Source: a virus
Taxonomy: Duplodnaviria > Caudoviricetes
Reading direction: 5' to 3' (one strand)
Length of the DNA stretch: 64,000 nucleotides
Virus record (IMG/VR): IMGVR_UViG_3300031151_000426
Shown here: positions 1 through 9,106 of the stretch, piece by piece
Layout: the number at the start of each line of letters is the position of its first letter
How positions within the stretch are numbered: the first letter of the stretch is position 1
Made by a program: the position numbers and the translations under genes
Notes under the pieces: model-generated
The model's database searches: none
Told to the model about the DNA's origin: nothing
Seen by the model: the letters and a program-made list of their open reading frames with translations, nothing else

Positions 1-861
1 TTACAGGCGGCCTTTGAGCCATGCCAGCTGCTGGTTGATCACATTGTCGAAGTGCTTGCCATCATACAAATCGTAATGCTTAGCGCCATCTTCAACGTAT
101 AAGGTTTTATCATCAGCTTTCACAGAGTCATATAACGCCACGCCCTGCTGCGGTTCATTTACCGTATCGTTGCCGGCTACAACCACCAGCGTTGGGCAGT
201 TAACCTTTTCGGCATTCTGGTACGGTTTATAATTGAGCGTTTCATACACCGTGAGGAACGGGATTTTGATATCCATCGATGGATAGCGCTCTTTATTGGC
301 CTCAAAGAAGGCTTTCGACTCTTCATCACCCAGCACTTTGGTAATGGCAACGAACATTTCCTTACCCAGACGCTCGCGTTTTTCCACCATCTTGTCGAGC
401 GTTGCGACAAATCCTTGCTTCTCCTGCTCGTCCATCTTGCCAGTGACGATGGCCTCGCCATCCGCAAAGCCCATCTGACTGATGATGCCTTTGATCCGGG
501 GGCGTTCAACCGCAGCGGCGAAGACATGGCAGGCGCCCAGCGAAGTGCCCCACAGCGCTATGCGGTGCCCGTCGATCTCTGACTGCGCCTCAGCCCAGTC
601 GATAACAGAGCAAATGTCTTCGATTTGCAGCGCAGGAACCAGCCTTCCGCGTTCCCCTCCGCTTTCACCAAAGCCCCGATAATCGAAGGTGATGGTGGCA
701 AAGCCCGCCTGAGTAAACGCCTCAGCATAGCGTGGCAGTAAAATTTCCTGAATACCGCAAAATCCATGGCAAAGGATCACAACCGGAGCCTTAACAGAAT
801 CAGCGGGGCGGCGTAATGTTACAGCGATATCATCTTTTAATTTATGTTTAGTCAATAACAT
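1..861 (-). CDS. Host alpha/beta-fold hydrolase
   Basis: 286 aa; HGF oxyanion motif, FDYRGFGES, nucleophile elbow WGTSLG, C-terminal D/H (GNDTV, AKHYD); lies outside the att repeat. Confidence 0.85.
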   Translation of the reverse strand: MLLTKHKLKDDIAVTLRRPADSVKAPVVILCHGFCGIQEILLPRYAEAFTQAGFATITFDYRGFGESGGERGRLVPALQIEDICSVIDWAEAQSEIDGHRIALWGTSLGACHVFAAAVERPRIKGIISQMGFADGEAIVTGKMDEQEKQGFVATLDKMVEKRERLGKEMFVAITKVLGDEESKAFFEANKERYPSMDIKIPFLTVYETLNYKPYQNAEKVNCPTLVVVAGNDTVNEPQQGVALYDSVKADDKTLYVEDGAKHYDLYDGKHFDNVINQQLAWLKGRL

Positions 862-1076
862 ACATACACTTCCCTTACTATCGGAGCAGAAAGCGTATCA
901 GTTTGCCCAAGAGCGTTTTTTGACATTCATCCAGTTTATGATTAATCAAATGTTTATAAATCAACAATATGTATTATGAGATGTTTCAGCGTAAGGGATT
1001 TTTATTGGTGAAGGGAATAAGGTTTGGAGGAGGACGTAAAGCGGTACAGTTAATTAAAGCGGTGAAAAAAAGATAT

Positions 1077-1101
1077 AAAAAAACCGCCTTAGGGGCGGTT
1101 T
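1077..1101 (-). terminator. Intrinsic terminator downstream of the displaced tRNA-Leu 3' end (host side)
   Basis: Minus strand AAACCGCC-CCTAA-GGCGGTTTTTTT: hairpin followed by a U-tract. Confidence 0.75.
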
Positions 1102-1135
1102 CACGACACTGCTTATTGCTTTGATTATTCTTTGC

Positions 1136-1199
1136 TTTCCCATGGTAGCCGGAGTGGGACTTGAACCCACACAGCGCGAACGCCGAGGGATTTTAAATC
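1136..1199. repeat. att core direct repeat, left copy (64 bp)
   Basis: Identical to 42213-42276; flanks prophage 1. Confidence 0.92.
1143..1199 (-). pseudogene. leuZ: 3' fragment of tRNA-Leu(UAA), from the anticodon arm to CCA
   Basis: Minus strand GATTTAAAATCCCTCGGCGTTCGCGCTGTGTGGGTTCAAGTCCCACTCCGGCTACCA; TAA anticodon, long variable arm, T-arm, CCA; 5' half absent. Confidence 0.88.
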
Positions 1200-1236
1200 A
1201 CGCGTGTTATTTATAGATATCAAAGACATAAGTTAA

Positions 1237-1313
1237 TTTTTCGCCAATAATTCATAATTTTTAGATCTGGTTAATCAACAACTTAGGCTTATCAAAAAGT
1301 CACAATGGCGAAA
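1237..1313. promoter_or_regulatory. Integrase arm-type sites (TGGCGAAA, inverted pair) and an IHF site on the left phage arm
   Basis: TTTTCGCCA ending 1246, CAATGGCGAAA 1303-1313, AATCAACAACTTA 1273-1285 matching WATCAANNNNTTR; the same TGGCGAA motif is repeated at 42118-42146. Confidence 0.65.
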
Positions 1314-1346
1314 GTTTTTGCAGCATAAACGGTTCCGAATTGATCA

Positions 1347-1667
1347 TTAAATTGCCGGGCAATCATCCTCAAGAGCTCGGTTTATAAAGAAAGTTACTCT
1401 ACCCAAGACTTCCACCTCCTCCAGTGCTACTCCCTCTATGGATTCGCCATCATCCGTGATGAGAGCCTTACCTATTAGTTTTGCAAATTGCGTCCGACCG
1501 TCGCTCAGAATCAGCAGAACGTCTCCAAGTTTTGTCTCCGCTGCAGGCTCAATGACAGCAAAGCCAACTTCAGTTTCAAGCACTCTGCTCTCGGCCCCTA
1601 TGTTGCAAATCACTTCAGGTGACAACTGGCGCTCTACATAATCTGTGGCTGGTGATGCAAATCCCAT
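1347..1667 (-). CDS. UmuD'-like (P1 HumD-like) SOS protein
   Basis: Starts MGFASPATDYVE, equivalent to the post-cleavage N-terminus of UmuD (GFPSPAADYVE); lacks the GDSM catalytic Ser motif; ends DDCPAI. Confidence 0.7.
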   Translation of the reverse strand: MGFASPATDYVERQLSPEVICNIGAESRVLETEVGFAVIEPAAETKLGDVLLILSDGRTQFAKLIGKALITDDGESIEGVALEEVEVLGRVTFFINRALEDDCPAI

Positions 1668-1906
1668 CAGTTAATCCTCCCCATGTTGCGTAAGATCCAA
1701 TAACGGTTATCGCTTCCGTCAGTCGTCTTGTCTGCGAAATCTGCTTGATAGCGTTCTATCCAGGCATTCGCATCTTCGCGCGTATAGTGCCAGTTGAAGC
1801 CCCTCAGTTTCTGAATGAAGGTGTCAGTCCTCAGGTAACGGTAACCCTTAGGGTTCAACTCTATAGCCGCAACAAACGCGGCATGGATGTCTGCTGTGCG
1901 AGGCAT
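1667..1906 (-). CDS. Small phage SOS-operon protein
   Basis: 79 aa; GGAG RBS; stop overlaps the start of the UmuD'-like gene; downstream of a LexA box. Confidence 0.7.
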   Translation of the reverse strand: MPRTADIHAAFVAAIELNPKGYRYLRTDTFIQKLRGFNWHYTREDANAWIERYQADFADKTTDGSDNRYWILRNMGRIN

Positions 1907-1927
1907 TTTTCACTCCATAAGCATTTA

Positions 1928-1972
1928 TTGACTGTATGCATATACAGTAGTATTTTTGTTTTTATGTTTCAA
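1928..1972. promoter_or_regulatory. LexA (SOS) box shared by two overlapping divergent sigma70 promoters
   Basis: CTGTATGCATATACAG 1932-1947; minus strand TTGAAA-17-TACTGT; plus strand TTGACT(1928)-17-TATTTT. Confidence 0.8.
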
Positions 1973-2003
1973 GCTCGGCCTACACATTCATAAGGAGTAA
2001 GGG

Positions 2004-2270
2004 ATGTTCGTTGAACTGGTTTATGACAAGCGTAATGTCAATGGGTTGGTGGGTGCCAGGGAGATAATCCTGGCCGAACTGACGAAGCGGGTGCATCAGA
2101 TTTTCCCTGATGCCGAAGTGAGAGTGAAGCCGATGCAGGCGAACGGCTTGAATAGCGATGCCAGCAAAAGCGATCGGGAAAAACTGAATCGTATGCTGGA
2201 GGAAATGTTTGAAGAGGCCGATATGTGGCTGGTTTCTGATTCTCCAACAGTCCGTCAGGTTGGACTTTAA
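2004..2270 (+). CDS. dinI: DinI-family protein
   Basis: 88 aa MFVELVYDKRN...ELTKRVHQIFPDAEVRVKPMQAN...EEADMWL; AGGAG RBS. Confidence 0.85.
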   Translation: MFVELVYDKRNVNGLVGAREIILAELTKRVHQIFPDAEVRVKPMQANGLNSDASKSDREKLNRMLEEMFEEADMWLVSDSPTVRQVGL

Positions 2271-2325
2271 TTATCTCTCAGGTACTATTCCCGGCGATTG
2301 CTCGGGCATGAACACTGAGCAACCA

Positions 2326-2368
2326 GCCGCCGCCCGTTCTTGCATACGACAGGCGGCGGTTTTCTTTA
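2326..2368. terminator. Hairpin terminator between convergent dinI and tail fibre genes
   Basis: GCCGCCGCC...GGCGGCGGT followed by TTTCTTT. Confidence 0.55.
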
Positions 2369-3673
2369 TGAAGCTGACTCCTGCGCCTCTCCTTTCATAG
2401 CTTCCTTCTGGTGTTGGTTCCAGATGCTGTTATCTGGCATATCCAAACGAACATCGATCCAACTGTTCGCTGGCACGTCCATCAATTCACCTTTGGTTTT
2501 GACGATCTCACCTTCATCGCTCAGGATGTATTTGCGTTTATACAGGCGGATAGTCAGACCGCCGCTTTCGGTTTGCTCTGCTTCAACCACACCCAACTCG
2601 CCCATTCCCCCCGGGTCCATTGGTGGCAATAACTGCCAGCCATCAGAGGCCAGTCCCGCTGAACCAGTTAGGACATAAACACCAACATCCAGTCTTGAAA
2701 TCTTGATCCCTTCAGCTTCCTCATTGGCAGTTCCACCTCCACACCAGCTGAAACCGTCAGAATCAATGTCCTCACGCTGGCAGTCCTCACGGGATTTAAC
2801 AATACGGGCGACAGGGGACGCCGCCTTCAAAGTACCATCACTTGATTTTGTCGTATTACCAGTAGTGTAAGCTTCGTGATAGGCCCATGCGCTCCCGCTG
2901 TAATAAGAGAACCAGGTACGACGTAGAGAGTATGCCTGATGTATTCGGGTTGGCCTGTTGCCCCGATTGAGAATGATGGAAGTGAGTCCCGTATTCGATG
3001 TCAGGCCCAACTGAGTCAGACCATCATTTTGATGTGAGGTAAATCCGGTAGGCGTGAATCCGTCCATATTATCGAGGGTGGGACCGTCCGCCTGGATAGC
3101 GCCAAGGTTGAACGCGCCTACCTGCATGACGTTTCCGGTAGCAGTTCCGACGTCCTTGGTGGCGCCACTTCCCAAACCGAGGTTTTGTCTGCCACCCTCT
3201 GCGGTTGTTGATCCTGTACCGCCCTGGGTAACTGGCACCGCGCCGCTTACCTTGTCGGCCTTGCCGTTCAGTGCCGTGGTGAAGCTATTCCATGCAGGTC
3301 CGGTAAAGCTGCTTCCGTCTGGCAGGGTCACCGTAACGTTTCCTGTACCGCTGAAAATGCTCTGCCAGTTTTGTTTGTCGTAATTGAGGCCACGCAGGGC
3401 TTCTGCGCTCTGGGCCACAAGCGCCGCAGTGACCAGGTTCATTGCCACGCGCGGTACGGCATACCATGCCGCCCCTGCCTGAGTGGGTCCGGTATAGCTG
3501 CTGACAAGCGTCAGTGAGGTATTACTGTTCACTGTTTTGATCGCCAGCGTGTAGGGAATACCGCCCACGGTCGCGACAATAAAATCTCCGGCAGCCAGTT
3601 CGGTGGTAAAGGCAGTGCCACTGCCGGTGACTGCTGCTGAGTTATTGGTCAGTGTCAGTGTTCCTGCGGACAT
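2366..3673 (-). CDS. Side tail fibre protein
   Basis: 435 aa; MSAGTLTLTNNS N-terminus, VTQGGTGSTTA...RQNLGLG fibre repeat, C-terminal GTLKAASP...WIDVRLDMP domain. Confidence 0.85.
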   Translation of the reverse strand: MSAGTLTLTNNSAAVTGSGTAFTTELAAGDFIVATVGGIPYTLAIKTVNSNTSLTLVSSYTGPTQAGAAWYAVPRVAMNLVTAALVAQSAEALRGLNYDKQNWQSIFSGTGNVTVTLPDGSSFTGPAWNSFTTALNGKADKVSGAVPVTQGGTGSTTAEGGRQNLGLGSGATKDVGTATGNVMQVGAFNLGAIQADGPTLDNMDGFTPTGFTSHQNDGLTQLGLTSNTGLTSIILNRGNRPTRIHQAYSLRRTWFSYYSGSAWAYHEAYTTGNTTKSSDGTLKAASPVARIVKSREDCQREDIDSDGFSWCGGGTANEEAEGIKISRLDVGVYVLTGSAGLASDGWQLLPPMDPGGMGELGVVEAEQTESGGLTIRLYKRKYILSDEGEIVKTKGELMDVPANSWIDVRLDMPDNSIWNQHQKEAMKGEAQESAS

Positions 3674-3737
3674 AGATGCTCCTTCGAGGCAATAAAAAAC
3701 CCCGCCGGAGCGAGGTTGGTGTTAAGACTGAAAAGGT

Positions 3738-4706
3738 TCAGACGTACATATCGGGGATAACGGGTAACGAGATCGGCGTAACCCCGGCGTTCGCGAGCTG
3801 CCTGTCAGCCCAGCCGACATACAGCCCCCTCCCCGCCCTCAGTGTGCCATTTTGCATAACCAGCCCGTAATGGTAGTGATAAATGCGACCACCGCCGAAG
3901 CTGGGCACCCTGAGACCAAAGCGGCCAACGGGCATATATCCGCCCCCGGGAACGGTCTGCGCCGTCGTGGAAGGAACAAAATTAACGCCGAGATAAACGA
4001 ACGGGCGCCGCGCAGTTGAGAACGTGCACTGGCCTGCGGCGTTATAGATATTAAATCCGGGATTCGCGGCCACCGGCGAAACGCCTCCCGCGAAGATGAC
4101 CACATCAACGGTGCCGCTCATGGGCTGGTCTTCCGTGTTTGATCCATCATTCAGAAACAGCAGCCGATTTCCGTCATAGTCCAGCGTGTAAGGGCTGTTC
4201 CACTTACAGCAAACCAGGTATTTGCTGCGATCAAATTCTGCAATGGTCGGCGTGACCCAGCCGGACGTACCGACAGTTACCCTGGCTTTATAGATGCAGT
4301 ACCCGACCCTGGACGCCGTTGTGATCGCCGTAAAGTCAGTGCTGTTCTGAACGAGTAGACCAACATTTGAGTTCTGGCTTACGGGCAGGATCTGCCACAG
4401 CGTACCGGAGAACGCCACGCGCTGCGGATTGGGAAATCCGGGGTTTGAATTGCCGCTCCAGTTCTGCGTGACGTTCGCGCCGGAGATAGTGACGCTGTCC
4501 AGCTTGAATATCCCCTCGTCGCTGATTACCGTCTGGGTCGGTATGAAAATGACATTCGACCCGGCCACGTAACCCTCAACTGTCGCAGTATTCACATTAC
4601 CGATACCGCCGGATATCGCCCCGCCATATGTCGGGCAACGTAACCCGGCGGTAATTTCCATCGGTTTACCGCCATCATTGAGATCGATTAAAAGTCCTGA
4701 AGGCAT
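3738..4706 (-). CDS. Tail-tip associated structural protein (DUF6453-like)
   Basis: 322 aa, beta-rich, two GL.I.N repeats; follows the central tail protein. Confidence 0.6.
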   Translation of the reverse strand: MPSGLLIDLNDGGKPMEITAGLRCPTYGGAISGGIGNVNTATVEGYVAGSNVIFIPTQTVISDEGIFKLDSVTISGANVTQNWSGNSNPGFPNPQRVAFSGTLWQILPVSQNSNVGLLVQNSTDFTAITTASRVGYCIYKARVTVGTSGWVTPTIAEFDRSKYLVCCKWNSPYTLDYDGNRLLFLNDGSNTEDQPMSGTVDVVIFAGGVSPVAANPGFNIYNAAGQCTFSTARRPFVYLGVNFVPSTTAQTVPGGGYMPVGRFGLRVPSFGGGRIYHYHYGLVMQNGTLRAGRGLYVGWADRQLANAGVTPISLPVIPDMYV

Positions 4707-4709
4707 AAA

Positions 4710-7508
4710 TCACCATGAACCAACGACGATACGGCCACCGCCGGGAATGTTGACGGTAATACCGTTATTGTTGATAACGACCGTGTTATTGGTCCCGTTG
4801 AACGCAAAGTTACCGCTGTCTGCGTAGAATTTGCCGTGGAATTCACAGTCGCCGCTCTTGTCGATGTTCCAGCCCCGAACTCCGGATGCGAAGTTTGTCG
4901 AGCGGATATAACTGCCGATTTTCGCATTGGTGATACTGCCGTCCTGGATCATCGCGTCACGGATAAAGACCTGTCCGTTATAGACAAAGAAGGCGGCCTC
5001 ATAGTTGCCGGGATCGCTTCCTGAGTAGATGCCGAACTGGTCAGCAGCGAATACAACCGTGGATTTGTAAGAACCACCAGAAGGCTCAATGGACATACCA
5101 AAGCCGGTGTTGTACTTCACGCCGTTACGGATAATGCCAAGGTTCAGGGTATATGAAGCCTTGCCTGTACCGTTGCTCGTCACCTCGGCGTTCATTTTCT
5201 GATTAACCGCCGTCGTCAGGTCTCCAACCTCTGCCTGAACATACGTATCGAGGGAAGCGATAGCTTTCGTGTTATCACTGATGGCCGTTTGCTGTTCGAG
5301 GATTTGCGAGTTAACGCTTTCGAACTGAGACTTAACACTGGTGGTGAGCTGGGCTAACGCCTTGTCTACCGTGGCGATCGTTGTCCTGATCGTCATGATT
5401 TCGGCATTTACTTCGCCCAGTTGCTGGAACTGGCGTTCCACCGTGCCGTTATTCGCCAGCGCGTTTTGCAGAATGCCTTCAAGGTTGGTATCAACGCCCT
5501 TCTCCACGTTTTTCATGGCGTCAGAATTCCTGACAGACTCGTCAATGACGTCAATCAGCCCCGACGTATCGGTCTGGCACAGCGCGGCCACTTCAACGAA
5601 CGCAGATGTACCAAACGCGTTGATCGTGCGGACATACCAGTAATAGGTGTGCCCGTTCTTCAGGTTATGGCTGCTCCAGGTGGTGCCGATCCCGGCACGC
5701 GTTGCCCTGCCTTCAACCGTTGACGTGCTGGTATTCGGTAGCCTGGTTTCGCCGGACGTCCAGAAATCAAACTGCGTTGATACGTTCGTCACTGCTGCCA
5801 GACGCGGGTATAGCGTGATGGCAAAATAGCTTTGCTCAATATCGACCCGTGACGGCGCTGGCGGGGCCTGAATGCTGAATTCAAGATATGCCTCCGGCGA
5901 CTCTGCCCCCATCTGGTTTACCGCAGTGACGTGAGCCGTGTAGGTTGACTGAACAAGTCCAGTCAGGCGGGTAAAGGAACCCGGAACCTGAACAGAGAGC
6001 ACCGTCTGACCCGCCTTGCGGATCACCACCTTGTTGTAAACAAACTGCCCGATGTTCTGCCAGGACAGCACGCCCTGCACCACCTGTCCGATTTCCTCCA
6101 CGGTGTATTTCAGGTTCTGCGGCTGCGCCACGCCTCCCGACGGCAGTTGCGTGAACGGTGGTCGCTCAATTGGCTTGCCAATCGCATCTCCCCAGACATC
6201 AGCAGTCTCCTGCTTCAGGGTGATCTGCACACCGTTCTGCACGCCAAATTTCCAGTCGGTCACGCGCATTTCGACATTAATGATACCGAGCGACGGGAAA
6301 TTGACCTTCACGTACATGCCTGGACGATAGCGATAGCCGCTCAGGTTAAGTGTGAGATTCATCGTGCGGGAAATGCGGGTGCGCTTCAGCTTGATGTCTG
6401 CCAGGCGCTGGGCCTGAAACTCACTGGTGACAAAACGAAGCTTCAGGTCCTGTGAAATCTCAACGCCATCTTCAGCAACCCATTCGCTGACAGACACCGC
6501 CGGGAAATCAGCCTCAGCATAGGTCTGCTTAGGATCGATAAAGGTACCGTTAATGGTGTTGACGCGCTCAGACTGCGATACTTCCGGCATGATTTCGATA
6601 TCACCGGCCAGCTGACTTTCGGTGATCACTTCGGTTGCAGGGCCATAATACGCACCAACCAGAATGCCGTGCTTACCCGCAATGTACGTTGGCTCGCCAG
6701 CTCCGGCAGCCAGCATCGCTTCAAGAATGCTGGCCTTGTTTTCGTTCAGGTCGAACTCACCGTTTAAGGTGTACCGTTTTTCCGTGGTTCCGTCGCCGTT
6801 CGTTACCATCTCGTCGCAAATGTTGGCGGCTTCCTGAAACTGGTCCCAGTTGATATCCGCATCCTGCACCTTCAGGTAATTGCGGTAATAGTCCAGCACG
6901 CAGAGTGCAAGGTTGTTGCTGTATTCCGTGCGGCCGGTGCGCGGGTCATAGACCTTGCGCCCCGTTTTCTCGACCTTGATGTTAGGAATGCCTGAGGGGA
7001 ATTTTTCAGCGTTAAACTTCAGCGACACACGTAGCCAGGAAATGCCCTTGCCGATCATGTCCTCTTTCCAGGACGGGCAATTCTGAAGCATAAACGGATC
7101 GGCGGTCTGGCGGTCGTTATGTACTTCGTAGGTGGCGTTATCAGGGTACGAACCAATATCGTCATCACCGAGATAGATGGTTCCCACACCGGAGAGAGGG
7201 TGTCCCGCCAGGGTGATCGCAAGATGAAGCCATTCGCCATCAGTCTGATCGCCTTTTTCCTCTTCGGAGAAGAAAAGCGTACCTGCTGATACCGTCCTGC
7301 CATATACCACCGTTTTCGGGCTGGCAGCCGCGCGCAGCACCTGCTTTCTTTCGGAGGTATCACGGTATGCCCCGAGCGACGGTTTTTTTGTCAGCAACTG
7401 AGTAGATACCTGGGCCGCGATGGTGATGGCAAGCGCAATGGTTGTATATCCACCAATTGCTGCAGCACCTGCTGCCACTGTGGCGACGATTGGAATAGCA
7501 GCAGGCAT
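4710..7508 (-). CDS. Central tail fibre / host-specificity protein (J-like)
   Basis: 932 aa; VYGRT, KVYDPR, SNN.ALCVLDY motifs, FN3-like region, coiled coil, C-terminal VFIRDAMIQDGSITNAKIG. Confidence 0.88.
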   Translation of the reverse strand: MPAAIPIVATVAAGAAAIGGYTTIALAITIAAQVSTQLLTKKPSLGAYRDTSERKQVLRAAASPKTVVYGRTVSAGTLFFSEEEKGDQTDGEWLHLAITLAGHPLSGVGTIYLGDDDIGSYPDNATYEVHNDRQTADPFMLQNCPSWKEDMIGKGISWLRVSLKFNAEKFPSGIPNIKVEKTGRKVYDPRTGRTEYSNNLALCVLDYYRNYLKVQDADINWDQFQEAANICDEMVTNGDGTTEKRYTLNGEFDLNENKASILEAMLAAGAGEPTYIAGKHGILVGAYYGPATEVITESQLAGDIEIMPEVSQSERVNTINGTFIDPKQTYAEADFPAVSVSEWVAEDGVEISQDLKLRFVTSEFQAQRLADIKLKRTRISRTMNLTLNLSGYRYRPGMYVKVNFPSLGIINVEMRVTDWKFGVQNGVQITLKQETADVWGDAIGKPIERPPFTQLPSGGVAQPQNLKYTVEEIGQVVQGVLSWQNIGQFVYNKVVIRKAGQTVLSVQVPGSFTRLTGLVQSTYTAHVTAVNQMGAESPEAYLEFSIQAPPAPSRVDIEQSYFAITLYPRLAAVTNVSTQFDFWTSGETRLPNTSTSTVEGRATRAGIGTTWSSHNLKNGHTYYWYVRTINAFGTSAFVEVAALCQTDTSGLIDVIDESVRNSDAMKNVEKGVDTNLEGILQNALANNGTVERQFQQLGEVNAEIMTIRTTIATVDKALAQLTTSVKSQFESVNSQILEQQTAISDNTKAIASLDTYVQAEVGDLTTAVNQKMNAEVTSNGTGKASYTLNLGIIRNGVKYNTGFGMSIEPSGGSYKSTVVFAADQFGIYSGSDPGNYEAAFFVYNGQVFIRDAMIQDGSITNAKIGSYIRSTNFASGVRGWNIDKSGDCEFHGKFYADSGNFAFNGTNNTVVINNNGITVNIPGGGRIVVGSW

Positions 7509-7906
7509 CAGCGAACCCTCCAGGTGCTCAGTGGCTTAGTCTTCAGACAAACCAGCCCGTCCTCTCCCGGCACCCACACGGCACCGCCATAAATTACCCC
7601 TGCGCACCGGGTGGCAGCATTTTCAACTACCGCGATATCGCCGCGCTGGGCCATCTTCACCGGTACTTCGTCGAGGTATTTCGCCAGCACTTTCTCCAGC
7701 GAGCCGCCGCCGCGCAGCAGCGCTTTTTTCGCCCCTATTTCGCTGTCATACGTCCCGCGCCAGCCGTCAGCAAAATTCTCTCCGGTCATCGCTTCAGCGC
7801 AGTCAGCTGCGAACAGGCAGCAGTCATGTTCGCCCCATAAAAAAGGCCGCTCTTCAGCGGCCCTTATCACGGCGATTAATCTGTTATGCCAGTCTGGATG
7901 CTTCAT
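7508..7906 (-). CDS. Tail assembly protein, NlpC/P60-like (DUF6950-like)
   Basis: PFLWGEHDCCLFAADC motif; lies in the tail-tip module. Confidence 0.75.
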   Translation of the reverse strand: MKHPDWHNRLIAVIRAAEERPFLWGEHDCCLFAADCAEAMTGENFADGWRGTYDSEIGAKKALLRGGGSLEKVLAKYLDEVPVKMAQRGDIAVVENAATRCAGVIYGGAVWVPGEDGLVCLKTKPLSTWRVR

Positions 7907-7912
7907 GCTTCC

Positions 7913-8497
7913 TCACGAATAGGTAAATCCTGGCGCATCTTTTTTACTGCCCCAGTAAATTGAACGTTCTGCCATCTGCGCGACGTAGCGGAAAATGCGG
8001 TCGCCTGGCTGTGCGGCCTGATGCGATTCGTCCGTATAGCGGTCCGGGAACGGTCGCTGCCAGTCTTCAAAAATGTTACTGACGGTGTATTGCAGGGCGT
8101 TGGTTTCCCCCGACGTCGCGCCGGTACCGGATACCCGCCCCTTAAAAATCAGGTCAGCAACTTGAACAACACCGTTGTCGTCCATAGCCACCAGATACAG
8201 TTCCGCCGGTTTCCCGACACAGCGCTCGTTAAGTGTTTTGGCAAACAGGGACATATCAAGACCGGAAAGCGTCATCCTGAGTTGCGTCGGGCTCGTCGTG
8301 TTGGTTTCGCTCACATCATCGATGGACCCCAGCGTCCCCATGCCGTAATAGACATATCCGCCCAGTACCAGCGTGCCGGTGCCGGAATGGACGTAAGCGG
8401 TCCCGGACTCAAACTGGACATTGGCCGCCAGAACCGCGGTAACCCTGTCACGGGAAAGCCAGGTGATCATCGAATCTGAAAAAGGTGAATAAAGCAT
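7913..8497 (-). CDS. Minor tail (hub-like) protein
   Basis: 194 aa; YYGMGTLGSI and RYTDESHQ...PGD motifs; coupled in the tail operon. Confidence 0.7.
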   Translation of the reverse strand: MLYSPFSDSMITWLSRDRVTAVLAANVQFESGTAYVHSGTGTLVLGGYVYYGMGTLGSIDDVSETNTTSPTQLRMTLSGLDMSLFAKTLNERCVGKPAELYLVAMDDNGVVQVADLIFKGRVSGTGATSGETNALQYTVSNIFEDWQRPFPDRYTDESHQAAQPGDRIFRYVAQMAERSIYWGSKKDAPGFTYS

Positions 8498-9090
8498 TAA
8501 AACGCCTCCTCAAATTCCAGTGTGTAGCTGGTAAAAACGCCAGGAACGCGGTTACCCGCGCCCTGCTGGTTATCTTTCAGCTTAAAAATGCCGTAGGGGT
8601 TAGCCACCTCAATTTTGCCGTTAACCGGCGGCGAGGTACGTAGCATCGGCGCAATCGGAATGATTGCGGTACCAGTTGAAGTGCTGGTCACATCAGCAGT
8701 GACCATCTTCAGCTCGTCGTTCACGGTAAGGTAATCCCCGGTGCGCAGAACGAGTTTGCCGGGCGTCCAGCCTTTGCTGCTGAGCTGGGTCCCCGTCTGG
8801 TTGGCATCCTGCACCACCGGATTTCCGGCTGGCGTTCTCCCCTCGCGCCCCCAGTCGCGGATTTTTACCCTGCCGTATTCACCGTCGAGATCGGCCACCA
8901 GCGCATCGATACGCCGGGATTTATCGTCCGTAAGGTTGTTGAACGTCAGAGAGCAGATCCAGCGAGTGCCGGGGAAACGAACGGTCTGAGACGCACCGTT
9001 AAAGGGAGAGCGAAATGTTTTGGTGTTACTTTCCGGTCGCCACGTCAGCGACGACGGGCATACATCAGCAGGCCATTCAAGCGCAGCCAT
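8497..9090 (-). CDS. Distal tail protein
   Basis: 197 aa; FRSPFNGASQTV motif; directly after the tape measure gene. Confidence 0.7.
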   Translation of the reverse strand: MAALEWPADVCPSSLTWRPESNTKTFRSPFNGASQTVRFPGTRWICSLTFNNLTDDKSRRIDALVADLDGEYGRVKIRDWGREGRTPAGNPVVQDANQTGTQLSSKGWTPGKLVLRTGDYLTVNDELKMVTADVTSTSTGTAIIPIAPMLRTSPPVNGKIEVANPYGIFKLKDNQQGAGNRVPGVFTSYTLEFEEAF

Positions 9091-9106
9091 ACTTATTCAC
9101 TCCTTA

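Noticed and set aside
1143-1199. Functional tRNA-Leu genes at the two att copies
   Set aside because: Both copies lack the 5' acceptor strand and D arm, so they are att fragments.
2366-3673. Diversity-generating retroelement or invertible tail-fibre cassette
   Set aside because: No reverse transcriptase, invertase or duplicated fibre C-terminal template was seen near either fibre gene.
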